A stretch of 64,000 nt of DNA from an uncultured virus (IMG/VR IMGVR_UViG_3300006620_000021) (IMGVR_UViG_3300006620_000021); one strand, 5' to 3'. Counted from the first letter of the stretch, positions 19,298 to 29,701 are shown. The notes: generated by a model not told the origin, from the letters alone. Numbers and translations: made by a program.

Positions 19298-20353
19298 TTA
19301 TAACTCAACTTCATATATTGTGCTAGGTACATTCCGTAAGAGTTTTGCAGTCTCTGCGAATGAACTTAATACCTCATATTTTGTTGATGCTACAATGTGT
19401 AGATGACCTGCAAATACTACTGCAAAATAATCTACTAATCGATCTACTAGTCCCTGATGTGAATAACCATGCTGCTTCATCCAGTCATGTGAATAATAAT
19501 CGGCAAACATATTCTTTATGTCCCTATCAATCACATCCTGATAATACAATCGCTCACCATATTCTTCATACCATGCATCCATATAATACTTGCATGGTAG
19601 ATCTGTTGCAAGATAAATTGGTCCCTCTACATCCTTCAATGCATTAAAATAATGACTATCCTTAAAATACATCCACGGAACTGGTTGTTCATCACGACCA
19701 ATACGTTCTAGGTCTGGTGCATTCTCCATATATGTCTTCTTCTTCTCTTCTCCTAATTCATCAAAGTCACATTCATCATAATATCGTATGCCCGTCCAGC
19801 GACGAACATGAACAACATTAAATTGACTAAAATACTCGGATAAACGTTGTTCTAATTCAGGATGTACAAATTCAATCTTTGCATAATCCTCATCAACATA
19901 ACCTGTGCCCTCAAGTTGTATATGATGTGCAGGTAATATACTATTGCATGGTGGTTCTGATGGTGCCCATTTTAATTCTACAGGGAACTTGGGAAGATAT
20001 CGACTCCTTACAATATCATGATGTACTTCATCACTTATATACTTGAAGTCATTAATTCCATCAAAAAACTCATCACGACTTACAATCTCAGTATTTGGGA
20101 ACCTGAGGATCTCACACTCTGGTAGATCCTGATAACAGAATTGCAACCTACAATTGAAGTCATAATACTTTGCTACATTATATCCAACATTCCACCATAT
20201 CAATCGATCACCAAATGCGGCATCAAGTTTTGCACCCACTGGACACAACGATGGATCAATATGCTGTGCAAAGTCAATGAAGTCTGGATCCTTCCATGGG
20301 TACTTGAGAGTAACCCACATATCATTCATTTTTGGGCAGCGTATAATCTTCAT
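19298..20353 (-). CDS. GT-B fucosyltransferase-like protein
   Basis: FGDRL, VHVRRWTG, IYLATD, VDYF..V and SSF motifs. Confidence 0.6.
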   Translation of the reverse strand: MKIIRCPKMNDMWVTLKYPWKDPDFIDFAQHIDPSLCPVGAKLDAAFGDRLIWWNVGYNVAKYYDFNCRLQFCYQDLPECEILRFPNTEIVSRDEFFDGINDFKYISDEVHHDIVRSRYLPKFPVELKWAPSEPPCNSILPAHHIQLEGTGYVDEDYAKIEFVHPELEQRLSEYFSQFNVVHVRRWTGIRYYDECDFDELGEEKKKTYMENAPDLERIGRDEQPVPWMYFKDSHYFNALKDVEGPIYLATDLPCKYYMDAWYEEYGERLYYQDVIDRDIKNMFADYYSHDWMKQHGYSHQGLVDRLVDYFAVVFAGHLHIVASTKYEVLSSFAETAKLLRNVPSTIYEVEL

Positions 20354-20586
20354 TTGAATCCCTTACTAGTCTTTTGGTCATACTGACATGCATCAATGAC
20401 TTCAACATGACTTAATAATTTAGACTCATACTCAAACCAAAATGCCCTGACCTGTTCATAATCTTCTAGCATCACGCTACGACCATCCGTGAGCACAACA
20501 CGATAAAAGTGACGATCATATAGACCATCACTCGTCTGTGTGAAGTATTGGGGATCATTTGGTTGAATCAGAGTTGTGTTTGACAC
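20350..20586 (-). CDS. Conserved hypothetical protein
   Basis: PQYFTQTSDGLYDRHFY...SKGF. Confidence 0.7.
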   Translation of the reverse strand: MSNTTLIQPNDPQYFTQTSDGLYDRHFYRVVLTDGRSVMLEDYEQVRAFWFEYESKLLSHVEVIDACQYDQKTSKGFK

Positions 20587-20779
20587 CTGTGTAATGCTGC
20601 AATTTGTACTTACAATTATAGCGTCTTATGTACTTCTCCGCGTGTTCCTCGCACTCAAACCAACACACCTTCTTGTCAGTCAGATCATCCAGTCGCCATA
20701 GGAATGCTGACCATGGGAATAATTCAAACTTCTTTGAACCAGTGTGCTTAATAGCAACTTGCTTCTTCTTCATACTCAA
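20555..20779 (-). CDS. Hypothetical protein
   Basis: KVCWFECEEHAEKYIRRY. Confidence 0.65.
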   Translation of the reverse strand: MSMKKKQVAIKHTGSKKFELFPWSAFLWRLDDLTDKKVCWFECEEHAEKYIRRYNCKYKLQHYTGVKHNSDSTK

Positions 20780-20918
20780 TAATGAATTTGTCCTTTAAGT
20801 GCCAATGGATGTCATCATGCACCTGTTGCATTGCATTGTGTTTGATTGCCCAGAAGTCATCATCATCGTTGATAATGACATTGACCTGGGTTCTTACATT
20901 GACTCTAAGTGCCTTCAT
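20748..20918 (-). CDS. Hypothetical protein
   Basis: Translated by hand: MKALRVNVRTQVNVIINDDDDFWAIKHNAMQQ. Confidence 0.55.
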   Translation of the reverse strand: MKALRVNVRTQVNVIINDDDDFWAIKHNAMQQVHDDIHWHLKDKFIIEYEEEASCY

Positions 20919-21057
20919 TCTTACTCAGAGTAAAAGAACCATCATCATTCTCAACCCATTCTAGTTCATCGCCTTCGTGCCATCCTAGTTCTTCTAACAT
21001 AGCATCAGGGATTGTTAGAATACCATCATCACTGATCTGTAGCGATGTACTAATCAT
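20905..21057 (-). CDS. AbrB/MazE-like DNA-binding protein
   Basis: Translated by hand: DDGILTIPDAMLEELGWHEGDELEWVENDDGSFTL. Confidence 0.7.
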   Translation of the reverse strand: MISTSLQISDDGILTIPDAMLEELGWHEGDELEWVENDDGSFTLSKNEGT

Positions 21058-21292
21058 TGGGCATCTCCTTTTTTGTTTTGAAGTACAGTTTATAATACTT
21101 CTTCTTCATCTCATTGATCGTGTCCATGTCCTCCTTAAATCCCATATACTTGAGATGTTGGTATGTTCCTTCCATCTCACTGAGTAACAGCAATAGGTAT
21201 GTGGGAGTAACAGGGCGACCACCAAACTCATACAGTGATAAAGAATTCATTTGCAAAGAACTCCTCCTTGCTAGCATATTCCCTATAGGCAT
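21050..21292 (-). CDS. Hypothetical protein
   Basis: ORF track; true start may be internal. Confidence 0.6.
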   Translation of the reverse strand: MPIGNMLARRSSLQMNSLSLYEFGGRPVTPTYLLLLLSEMEGTYQHLKYMGFKEDMDTINEMKKKYYKLYFKTKKEMPND

Positions 21293-21488
21293 GTGGGAGG
21301 TTCATGGCATCACTAATGCCAAGATATTCTTCCCATGCAACTTCTGCCTCTGCTCTCTTCATTGCAAGACGAAGTTTATATCCCTCATCTGCAAATGCAT
21401 TGGAGAACATAGGCAGTCCATCATCAGAACATACAATACCCTTGAAGTATTCGTATGTCTTCTCATCCAGTTCTATGACATAATTCAC
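21228..21488 (-). CDS. Hypothetical protein
   Basis: 86-aa ORF in a packed minus-strand run. Confidence 0.6.
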   Translation of the reverse strand: MNYVIELDEKTYEYFKGIVCSDDGLPMFSNAFADEGYKLRLAMKRAEAEVAWEEYLGISDAMNLPHAYREYASKEEFFANEFFITV

Positions 21489-21832
21489 AAATATGCCTCC
21501 AACCTATTTGAGATGCTCCTCATTGCCATGCCAGCAAATCCAGCAGCATATGGGTAACTGTTGCGATAGTCATCATCACAACCACCATGATTCGCTGCTT
21601 CACATGCATCAACAGCATCATGCAACTGGTCGATCATGTCCTCCAGTTCGCCAACACTGATCTGACGCCAACGTGAACCATCACCAATCTCAACATCTTC
21701 GATGTTAGGAACAGTGCTTAGTAGGATCTCACGCAGTTCTTCAATGCTGCAACCGTAGTCCAGGGTTTTATCCTGTGTGCTACCGTCTTGGAAGATGAGT
21801 TTGACTTTGGACGTGTTCATGTTAAAAATCAA
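21485..21832 (-). CDS. Hypothetical protein
   Basis: 115-aa ORF, YPYAAGF motif. Confidence 0.65.
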   Translation of the reverse strand: MIFNMNTSKVKLIFQDGSTQDKTLDYGCSIEELREILLSTVPNIEDVEIGDGSRWRQISVGELEDMIDQLHDAVDACEAANHGGCDDDYRNSYPYAAGFAGMAMRSISNRLEAYL

Positions 21833-21838
21833 TAGCGT

Positions 21839-22069
21839 TTACGAGACTGACCAGTGCTTAACTGCAACATCCTGTGGTACACGGGACACAGTGAGACGGC
21901 GGAATTGATAGTCACGCCATTGATCGCAGGACTCATTCACCATACGATTGTGCTGGCGATCCATACCCTTCGCAGTCGTACACTTGCGGCACTTGCGGAA
22001 GTAGATGATCGGGTGCTGAGGTGACTCAGAGAAGTCAACTTCCACTTTGTAGTAGGAATGAGCGGTCAT
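21839..22069 (-). CDS. Hypothetical protein
   Basis: 76-aa ORF. Confidence 0.65.
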   Translation of the reverse strand: MTAHSYYKVEVDFSESPQHPIIYFRKCRKCTTAKGMDRQHNRMVNESCDQWRDYQFRRLTVSRVPQDVAVKHWSVS

Positions 22070-22314
22070 CAGACTGCGATCGGTACATCAGTATAATACC
22101 ATCCCAGTGCTTGATTTGCAACAATCAATTGCTGATGCACTTCATTGATGGTGTCCTGGATCTGCTTCTCCTCACCAAGCATTGCCAGATGATCGACTTC
22201 AGTCCAGTCTTCGGTCTCAAGTCCACCACCAACCATGAGTGGAGAATAGAACAGTGTACCCTCAGCATCGATGCTGTAAGCACAACCGTGCTCTTCACAA
22301 GTGATGATAATCAT
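22069..22314 (-). CDS. Hypothetical protein
   Basis: 81-aa ORF. Confidence 0.65.
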   Translation of the reverse strand: MIIITCEEHGCAYSIDAEGTLFYSPLMVGGGLETEDWTEVDHLAMLGEEKQIQDTINEVHQQLIVANQALGWYYTDVPIAV

Positions 22315-22510
22315 TGGTCGTCCTCGTCAGTGATGGTGTTGAAGAACTCCTCCATCATGTCATAGAGGTCAGTGTAGTAGTCCTGCATTTTTGAGAACCG
22401 TGATGAGGTGCATGTCATTATGATAGTACCCAAGCACGATAATGCCTACCCCGAATAATAAAGATAATCCGAAGGGTATCAGACCAGCACCGTTCTTCGG
22501 TTCAGGTAGT

Positions 22511-22738
22511 CTAATTCCCATAATATGCCTTGTAGTATGCCACAATGCCATCTGTCCTCTTGTTACCCTGAGATACCCAATCATGAATACATTCATAAAT
22601 GCTCTGACTGCTGTAACGTGGAGAACCATCAGAACACAGTTCACTACCAAACTTCTTTAATAGAATGTTCAGACCCTGAGTCCTCACATCCATGCGCTCT
22701 TCACTGTAGCGCCAATCCTCATTCTTCGCAGGTGACAT
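22511..22738 (-). CDS. Hypothetical protein
   Basis: DWRYSEERM...IYECIHDWVSQG. Confidence 0.65.
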   Translation of the reverse strand: MSPAKNEDWRYSEERMDVRTQGLNILLKKFGSELCSDGSPRYSSQSIYECIHDWVSQGNKRTDGIVAYYKAYYGN

Positions 22739-23798
22739 AGGTTAGGTTACGATTTCTGAACTTTGATGCAGAATAAGCAGTCATACATGCTCTTCCACCC
22801 ACATAATCTTTAAGATTTGCCTTACCATAACTATGGTATTTGTTACGTGGTCCAACAATTCTATCACAGAATGACAGACACAACCACTCAATGAGATTAT
22901 TGATCACTGCATCAGTTGCTTCAGGACAATCGTCCTTCACTATTTTGAATGCCTTCTTCCTGATAGTATCAATGGTGATGACATCATCAAATCTCTTCTT
23001 CCATTTATTATACCAAAACTTCTTTGGAAGATCGGATACCACAAATAGTTGTGATGACTTGTCAATCTCTTCAAAATATGCATCATCATGAATAAATTGC
23101 AATTTATCCCTATTATTCTCATATGAATGCTTCTTATCGTAACACCAGTTGGTCAATTGCTTATATTCTTCCAGCAATTTACCATCCCATCCAGTTTTGT
23201 CTAAAACTTCTTTATTATACCAAATACCCCGCTTCCTATGTAAACTAACACCCACATATCCCTTCATCAACTTCTCTAGCATCTGTTCTATCTTACCAGG
23301 CAACACAATCTTTGACATATCCTTCATCTCTGTGCTGTCACACTCCCAATAATAATCAAAGTTCTGAATATAGTCATTACAAACTAAATCATCTTCAACA
23401 ACGAATGACTTTTCACCATATCGTTCTTGTAACTTATCTAATGGCAGGATAGATCTTAATGTGGAACCAATATCATTAAACGGAAGGTCTTTAGAATCCT
23501 TCACTTTACTCATGAAGTTGATCTTTGTATCAAAAGATGTATTAGGGAATCTCAATACCTCAGATTCTGGATACTGATACTTCAAAAAGATATACTTGTA
23601 CTTATCACCATAAAACGCCCCAATATATCTGGATTGTTGCCAAAACAATACTCTTTCTTCCCAACGACTGTCATCAATCAATGTTGGAATGTATGGATGA
23701 TGTGATGGGTTCTCCCATGATTTCTTTACACCATTAAAATTTGGTTGTTCAAAGATGAACCTAATTGTCTTCACTCTATGCTGATATGGTATCGTCAC
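22719..23798 (-). CDS. Divergent fucosyltransferase-like protein (paralog of 19298-20353)
   Basis: YPESEVLRFPNT, VGVSLHRKRG, FVVSDLP and EWLCLSFCDRIVG. Confidence 0.55.
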   Translation of the reverse strand: MTIPYQHRVKTIRFIFEQPNFNGVKKSWENPSHHPYIPTLIDDSRWEERVLFWQQSRYIGAFYGDKYKYIFLKYQYPESEVLRFPNTSFDTKINFMSKVKDSKDLPFNDIGSTLRSILPLDKLQERYGEKSFVVEDDLVCNDYIQNFDYYWECDSTEMKDMSKIVLPGKIEQMLEKLMKGYVGVSLHRKRGIWYNKEVLDKTGWDGKLLEEYKQLTNWCYDKKHSYENNRDKLQFIHDDAYFEEIDKSSQLFVVSDLPKKFWYNKWKKRFDDVITIDTIRKKAFKIVKDDCPEATDAVINNLIEWLCLSFCDRIVGPRNKYHSYGKANLKDYVGGRACMTAYSASKFRNRNLTYVTCEE

Positions 23799-23840
23799 GT
23801 CAGACCCCTCTAGAATCGCCTACAATAGTCTTTAAACACA

Positions 23841-24050
23841 TCATTTGTGTAGATCATCCAACTCATCTGCAATTGCATATAATTCCTTTGCAACCTTCAA
23901 TGACATAGTTGGTGACTCATCTACAATAGCGCGTGTAAATGCTGCTAATGATTTAGATCCAATCGTCATCTTTTTATCTGTTGTGGTTTTACCCAACAAA
24001 TAAAGAGTCTTTAAATACTCTCCTTCAAGTCTCTCTGCTCTTGTAGACAT
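23841..24050 (-). CDS. Hypothetical protein
   Basis: 69-aa ORF. Confidence 0.55.
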   Translation of the reverse strand: MSTRAERLEGEYLKTLYLLGKTTTDKKMTIGSKSLAAFTRAIVDESPTMSLKVAKELYAIADELDDLHK

Positions 24051-24051
24051 C

Positions 24052-25197
24052 TTAAATTACCTCAAATGCTCGTGGGTCTGGGTTTGCTATAGGTTGATAG
24101 TGTGAACGACCTACAAGTGATCTTGCAAGATATTCTGTTTGATTAAATTCACCAAGATCTGATTTAATTACTTGTAGAGTTGCCTCAGTGCCAACATGTC
24201 CCTGTAACCAGTACATAGGATAGACTACACTTGTCTGACTAGTATCAGGTGCTGCCAATTCAGATGCCCATACACTGTATATGCTATTTGCCATAATAAA
24301 GTATTTGCACATCGTCATCAAACAAAAATCAAATGAATGATTGTAAGAATTTGTCCTAATCTTATTCTTATATGTTGGATGCAACTCCTTCAACTTCTTA
24401 GACATTGCAACAACTAGTTGTTCCTTATCTAATGGTGCGACGGATTCTTCCTTGACGATCTTAGATAATGCTGTCTTATAATTAAACAGATTTGCGCCAC
24501 TGTAATCAACTCTACGATCTAATTCTTGCCCCAAATCACAATCAATTAGTTCGTTATCATTATATAGATCTGTAATAAATGTGAATCGACCAGGATTACT
24601 AGCAATCAATGATGAATCTTGAATTACACTATCCTTATCATTAGTGAAGATCAGAACTGGTAGATCTTTTGGCAGTAATCGTAACGCATTCTCATAATAA
24701 TCAGTTCCACAAACAAACATGCCATTCTCAGGGTTCTTAAAGTCACCACGACGAACATGCATGGATATTATATCACCATCAAATTGTTTGATAAACTGTT
24801 GACACTTGTCTTTGATATGATCTCGGAATACCAATTCTCTTTTACATGCTAAGAATAGGTCACCATCATCACCAACTGGCATAAAATTGTATGGTGTTGG
24901 ATAGGTATCAATTATAGTGTCATCTGTAATTCTCTCTGCCATGTACTCAAATCCATCTTCATCACCAATCGTTAAGATGTTGTATTCTTTATTGTTGTCG
25001 ATGAGTTGATCATCATAATTATCAATTACATTCAACTTAAGATCTTTGAATGTATTCCTCAATGCCAAGAACTGACTATTATCTACTGCCCACTTCAGTC
25101 CAGTTCTCTCTTCTAATGCTCTCATCATCACATAACAAGAGATCTGATATCCTAAACCAGATCCACTATCAGTATGTGCTTGCTTTATTTTAATCAT
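24052..25197 (-). CDS. Alpha-1,2-fucosyltransferase-like protein (GT11)
   Basis: GLGYQ, MHVRRGDF, YYENAL, IFTND and DFCLMTMCKYFIMANSIYSVWA. Confidence 0.85.
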   Translation of the reverse strand: MIKIKQAHTDSGSGLGYQISCYVMMRALEERTGLKWAVDNSQFLALRNTFKDLKLNVIDNYDDQLIDNNKEYNILTIGDEDGFEYMAERITDDTIIDTYPTPYNFMPVGDDGDLFLACKRELVFRDHIKDKCQQFIKQFDGDIISMHVRRGDFKNPENGMFVCGTDYYENALRLLPKDLPVLIFTNDKDSVIQDSSLIASNPGRFTFITDLYNDNELIDCDLGQELDRRVDYSGANLFNYKTALSKIVKEESVAPLDKEQLVVAMSKKLKELHPTYKNKIRTNSYNHSFDFCLMTMCKYFIMANSIYSVWASELAAPDTSQTSVVYPMYWLQGHVGTEATLQVIKSDLGEFNQTEYLARSLVGRSHYQPIANPDPRAFEVI

Positions 25198-26000
25198 CAG
25201 AAATACAATTCCCAAACATCATCAACCTTCACACCATGCCCTTGAAGTGTGATCCTTGCATCATCAACACCAATATCCATACCAGGAGACATTTGATGTT
25301 GAAGTGGACCAATAAAGTAGAACATCTTACCAGGACTGTACGGAACCACTACATCTGGTGGACCATAACGATCATATCCACTTTTGGACTTCACATATTT
25401 AGTATATTCATTATCATTCTCATAGCATTTGAGAGACTCTTCACCCCATGTGCTCAGACCACATCCATTCTTTGGTGCAGCAATACACAGAGTAAATGAT
25501 AAGCAGTTCTCAAGATCAACTGTCATATCTTCAGCACCTTGCAGTTCTGCCCAATATCCTTTATGTGCATATTGCTGTTCATCAAAATGAATAGTTGCAC
25601 TCAAGTCCTCAAGATAGTCCTTAGTTTTATTCTTTGGTTTTTCTCCTGGTGGAACAGCAAAGACATGGAATCCAGGACGTGCAAGACTGTCTGTAATCTT
25701 ACAACGAAGACCTTCTTTATAGAATGAATACACCACACATCCATATAACCATTCAAACCATTCATCCATCATGTCTACGTTATCTTCGCAGAGCATGTTA
25801 TAGATCATGCCATCATCAATATATGATGCAGCACCAATAGTATAGAAGTCCACAGGATTATCTTGACTGGGTGCAAAACCTTTGCTACTACCAGCATAGA
25901 TTCCCCTGGGGATCCACCATTCACTAAGAAGGTTTACACGTTCTAGTGTATTATCAATACCTTCGTGATCGAGAACGTCAATAAGTCCAGATGTAATCAT
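25197..26000 (-). CDS. 2OG-Fe(II) oxygenase-like protein
   Basis: HFD...SFTLCI...YSPG...H...RITLQGH. Confidence 0.65.
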   Translation of the reverse strand: MITSGLIDVLDHEGIDNTLERVNLLSEWWIPRGIYAGSSKGFAPSQDNPVDFYTIGAASYIDDGMIYNMLCEDNVDMMDEWFEWLYGCVVYSFYKEGLRCKITDSLARPGFHVFAVPPGEKPKNKTKDYLEDLSATIHFDEQQYAHKGYWAELQGAEDMTVDLENCLSFTLCIAAPKNGCGLSTWGEESLKCYENDNEYTKYVKSKSGYDRYGPPDVVVPYSPGKMFYFIGPLQHQMSPGMDIGVDDARITLQGHGVKVDDVWELYF

Positions 26001-26005
26001 GTCTC

Positions 26006-26266
26006 TTATTCTATAGGTCTTGTATATATCTCCATACCACCATCAGTATATCTTCTACTGTGGCAGTATGTCAATTCATCCCAATGCTGAGTATGAACCA
26101 CAACACAGCAATGAATCTTTTTATGCCTCTCACTCTTTGAGTATTGGCAATGTGGTTTAGGTTTGACACCAATCTCTAACGTAAGATAGTAAGAAGGGTC
26201 TACAAAGTAGACCCAACCCTCAACATTACGCCACTTACAGTAGTCGTTTAATTGAGGTTCATACAT
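26006..26266 (-). CDS. Hypothetical protein
   Basis: EGWVYFVD..Y.TLEIG. Confidence 0.65.
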   Translation of the reverse strand: MYEPQLNDYCKWRNVEGWVYFVDPSYYLTLEIGVKPKPHCQYSKSERHKKIHCCVVVHTQHWDELTYCHSRRYTDGGMEIYTRPIE

Positions 26267-26447
26267 TGGTTAGATCAGAGACAAACAACCAATCTTCAGG
26301 TTCTGCACCATCGACAACGAATTCATCATGAAGTGCATCTGCATCATCGATGTTACATTCACCAACAAGGTCAGTCACTCGGTCCATGAAGTATTCTTCA
26401 ACGTTCCGAACGCACAGTTCATGAACGACTTCTTGTTTCATACCCAT
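26259..26447 (-). CDS. Acidic hypothetical protein
   Basis: 62-aa ORF. Confidence 0.6.
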   Translation of the reverse strand: MGMKQEVVHELCVRNVEEYFMDRVTDLVGECNIDDADALHDEFVVDGAEPEDWLFVSDLTNV

Positions 26448-26561
26448 TTAAAAACTCCTGAATAGTGTTCATTTCAGTCACAATTTTAGCAAGTTCATCC
26501 TGAAGATGCAGCATGCGCTTCTTCTGTGCATTGATGAACTGCTGGTCTTGAATCATGACAC

Positions 26562-26801
26562 TCATGTGGTAAACTCCTCAACGATTTGGGGTTTGATCTC
26601 TTCAGATGCTAGTTCAAATACCTGTGCTTTGGTGATGTTCTCACGAAGATTCCCATAAAACGTCTCATTGAAGTGTTGTGGATCCTCTTCGGTAATGAGG
26701 TCAAAACATTCCTCATCATCACGAGCAATTACATTCCACAGTCCACCATACTCTGACTGAGGGAAGGGAACATAGTGCTCAACAACATACAGATACTTCA
26801 T
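26562..26801 (-). CDS. Conserved hypothetical protein
   Basis: VPFPQSEYGGLWNVIA. Confidence 0.7.
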   Translation of the reverse strand: MKYLYVVEHYVPFPQSEYGGLWNVIARDDEECFDLITEEDPQHFNETFYGNLRENITKAQVFELASEEIKPQIVEEFTT

Positions 26802-27173
26802 TACTCTCCGTGGTAGTCCTTTTGAAGTTTACAATAGAAGGGAACCCCTGTCAATAATCAGACAGGGCACTCCCAGTGCGGTTAGGACCATAATCAAAGT
26901 TAGGTCCTTCAAGTGCCAACTTGAGCATGTAGTCATGATAATCTTGATATGCACCAAGATCTTGATCTTCATCACATTGCTCTTTGTCAATCATTTCATC
27001 AACGAATTGATCAAACTGCTGGTCTTCCATGATAATAAAAAGAAGTTGAATGTGAGAGGCGGTTCCGCGTGAGGGAACACATTTGATTTACCTCTCGTGA
27101 GTGTTGTGTCAGGTCTCCCCTCCACACATCAAATATACATGGATTAGTCGCCGCGGCCAAGTACAGTGGACAC

Positions 27174-27608
27174 TTATAGACCTGTCCATATCCTGCCACT
27201 GTCGCACAGGAACTGTAGGAGATAATCTCTCTCACCTTCATATGCCTCCAATTCATGTGGTGCAGTATCAAACTGTGGTGCTTCTATACCCTTGTAGTAT
27301 CTGACACCACGTCGGTACTTCATGTCACCATCAATCCATTGCTTCACATGAATCAACTCATGCACCAATGTCTCAGCGTACATACGCTTCGGCATGTGAG
27401 ATTGCATCTCAATCAAAAAACTACGAGGTCTGTGTGTATTGTCTGATGAGATATCACACCAACCATAAACACCTTCACGCTTTAATCCACGATGATTGAC
27501 AGTAATATCAATCGTGTGCCTTGGATAGAATGACTTGTAGAACCAACAGAGAATGTCCTCACAGAGATACTTGTGAGCACCGTACCCTGATATTTCCCAA
27601 TAGAACAT
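27174..27608 (-). CDS. Zincin-like metallopeptidase
   Basis: TLVHELIHVKQW (HEXXH) and a downstream PHELEAY. Confidence 0.7.
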   Translation of the reverse strand: MFYWEISGYGAHKYLCEDILCWFYKSFYPRHTIDITVNHRGLKREGVYGWCDISSDNTHRPRSFLIEMQSHMPKRMYAETLVHELIHVKQWIDGDMKYRRGVRYYKGIEAPQFDTAPHELEAYEGERDYLLQFLCDSGRIWTGL

Positions 27609-27631
27609 GATTCAAAGGCGACAAACACATT

Positions 27632-28651
27632 CTAATGCTTTTGACCATCTTTTGTCAAGAGATCCAACACAATGTATCTCAATTGATCCATATCCTGGTA
27701 TCCAATTCGGTAACATTCACAACCTCCCAGTCTTGCAGCAGTGTCAGTAAACTGTGAGTTATATGATGATAGTATTAGTTTTGATTTTGAACACACAAAC
27801 CAATCAAGCAGATCTATCAGTGCATGACCATATCGCACTTGACGCTGCATTAAATCTCTATGCGTTAATCCACCCAGTTGCGTCATCTTTTTTAGATCAT
27901 AATGCTTACTCAGTAGTTGCAACCATTCAGACACATCCTCTTCTTTTGAATTAAAATTATACTTACCCAGATAATAATCATATAACTCTGGTGGCATATC
28001 TGACATGAGATACCAATCATAGTCTGGTAATTCCTTCATGACATATTCAATAACCTCATAGTATTGCTTATCAGGTATAAATGGGGGATATTCTGTATTG
28101 GGTGTAATGTCAGCATAATCATTGACTATCATGTTATTCTTATACATCCAACTAAAATACTTATTCCTGACGTGTCTAGGTAGTGCAGCATGTACTGTTT
28201 TTAGATCTTTTTTGAGTATAGGAACTCCAGACCATCTCCTCAAATGGAATGTGATATCAAAACCAATTCGTTCAATGAATTGGTTTAACTCTGGTATTTT
28301 GAACTTTATGTGCTTTATTGGATCATCATACTTAATATCAAACTCATAGGTATTCCAGATATATGAACTAATTGATCTATTGATCCTCCAATTATCAGTG
28401 ACACTCCAATCTTCTTGTCCATTATCTTTATCAATATCAGTCCACTCCAATTTGTTTATATCATGCCGACTCATTACCTGAGTGTTTGGAAGTTCTAGAA
28501 AAATGTGTTCTATCCACTCATCTTCAGGGATAACAACAACTCCTCCAAAGTTCCTTGTAATAATTTGCGCTTCTGCCCAAGCAATAACCCTACTACCATA
28601 TCCAAGATCACAGGATAGGTAAGTAGGGTTGGCATCGCAAAGTATTTGCAT
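27632..28651 (-). CDS. GT-B fucosyltransferase-like protein (NodZ/POFUT-like)
   Basis: GYGSR, FHLRRWSG, YLMSD and DWFVCSKSKLILSSYNSQF. Confidence 0.65.
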   Translation of the reverse strand: MQILCDANPTYLSCDLGYGSRVIAWAEAQIITRNFGGVVVIPEDEWIEHIFLELPNTQVMSRHDINKLEWTDIDKDNGQEDWSVTDNWRINRSISSYIWNTYEFDIKYDDPIKHIKFKIPELNQFIERIGFDITFHLRRWSGVPILKKDLKTVHAALPRHVRNKYFSWMYKNNMIVNDYADITPNTEYPPFIPDKQYYEVIEYVMKELPDYDWYLMSDMPPELYDYYLGKYNFNSKEEDVSEWLQLLSKHYDLKKMTQLGGLTHRDLMQRQVRYGHALIDLLDWFVCSKSKLILSSYNSQFTDTAARLGGCECYRIGYQDMDQLRYIVLDLLTKDGQKH

Positions 28652-28744
28652 ATTATATTTGATTGATTAGGGTATATATTACCCTAGTTCCCCAATGCAT
28701 GAACCACATAAATGATCCAACGAAGATTAGTTTATGTGTAGTAG

Positions 28745-28945
28745 TCATCCATGACACTCCATAAACTCATCAAGTGTGTAACCTTCACCAGTTGATGTTT
28801 CTTCAATCAGTTCTTCAATAGTGAGAAGATCCATCTTCAAACGATATTCTTCTGGTGTGTCATCTTCTGGGTCATAGTCATCATGACACAGATATTCCCA
28901 CTCATGAACAAGTGCATCCACAAGTTGTTCTTTGGTGTAATCCAT
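28745..28945 (-). CDS. Acidic hypothetical protein
   Basis: MDYTKEQLVDALVHEWEYLCHDD. Confidence 0.65.
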   Translation of the reverse strand: MDYTKEQLVDALVHEWEYLCHDDYDPEDDTPEEYRLKMDLLTIEELIEETSTGEGYTLDEFMECHG

Positions 28946-28947
28946 AA

Positions 28948-29421
28948 TCAGCGAATGTAGAGATAACCACCTGCCCAGTCGCAGTTGTTGAAGCATGCCT
29001 TACGGGACTCAATCAACAGCAGGTTGAACCTTGCAATCTTAGCAGGTGCTTTGTAAGATGCAGGTTTGAAGACCTCACCAGTCTTCTTATTGATGAAGGC
29101 ATGACATGAACGGGACTCACCTCCAAGACGACCTGGAGTGTCTTTAATTACTTCCCAGATCTTATGGTACTTACGACCAGAAGAGTCCAATTCAAACTCA
29201 TAGTCAGACTCACCACGCTCTAGTCGCTCCAACTTTGCCTGATGATAAGGACTGATCTCAGAACCCTCAACAGCAGCGCACTTGTGGATCAACTTCTTAG
29301 AATACTCAATGTAGTTCTCTTGAAGTTTGTCGCACAGTGTCCAGCAATGCTTGGTGATGTTCAGTTCGATCTCATTGCGAGCATCTTGTGAAGCAACGAA
29401 GTCTGCGAATTCAGTGGTCAT
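28948..29421 (-). CDS. Conserved T4-like phage hypothetical protein
   Basis: RKYHKI...HAFINKKTGEVFKPASYKAPAK...CDWAGGYLY. Confidence 0.8.
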   Translation of the reverse strand: MTTEFADFVASQDARNEIELNITKHCWTLCDKLQENYIEYSKKLIHKCAAVEGSEISPYHQAKLERLERGESDYEFELDSSGRKYHKIWEVIKDTPGRLGGESRSCHAFINKKTGEVFKPASYKAPAKIARFNLLLIESRKACFNNCDWAGGYLYIR

Positions 29422-29441
29422 GGTGGATGTCTGAACTGATT

Positions 29442-29501
29442 TAATAATAAGGGGTCACCAGTCTCCTGGCAACCCCATTGTGACAGTTATTCAGTTGTAA
29501 C
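29442..29501 (-). promoter_or_regulatory. Bipartite-palindrome early promoter
   Basis: GTTACAACTGAATAACTGTCACA, then GGGGTTGCCAG-GAGA-CTGGTGACCCC, then a TATTAT -10 box. Confidence 0.7.
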
Positions 29502-29667
29502 CCATCCCGTTCAGGATGGCACGGCGAGCACCCGTTGCTTGAGTCTCACAGGAGAAGGTGCCAATCTTGATCCAGTCTTCCTTCCAGTAGAGTGCCCAGT
29601 TGGTGCTGCCGCGCAGTTGCTTGACGGCGATGGGATTATCAATACCAAGGGGATACTTGCGGCGCAT
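29491..29667 (-). CDS. Hypothetical protein
   Basis: Translated by hand: MRRKYPLGIDNPIAVKQLRGSTNWALYW. Confidence 0.55.
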   Translation of the reverse strand: MRRKYPLGIDNPIAVKQLRGSTNWALYWKEDWIKIGTFSCETQATGARRAILNGMGYN

Positions 29668-29701
29668 GGTGTTGTGTGCGTTACCCCCATATCATAGCAG
29701 A

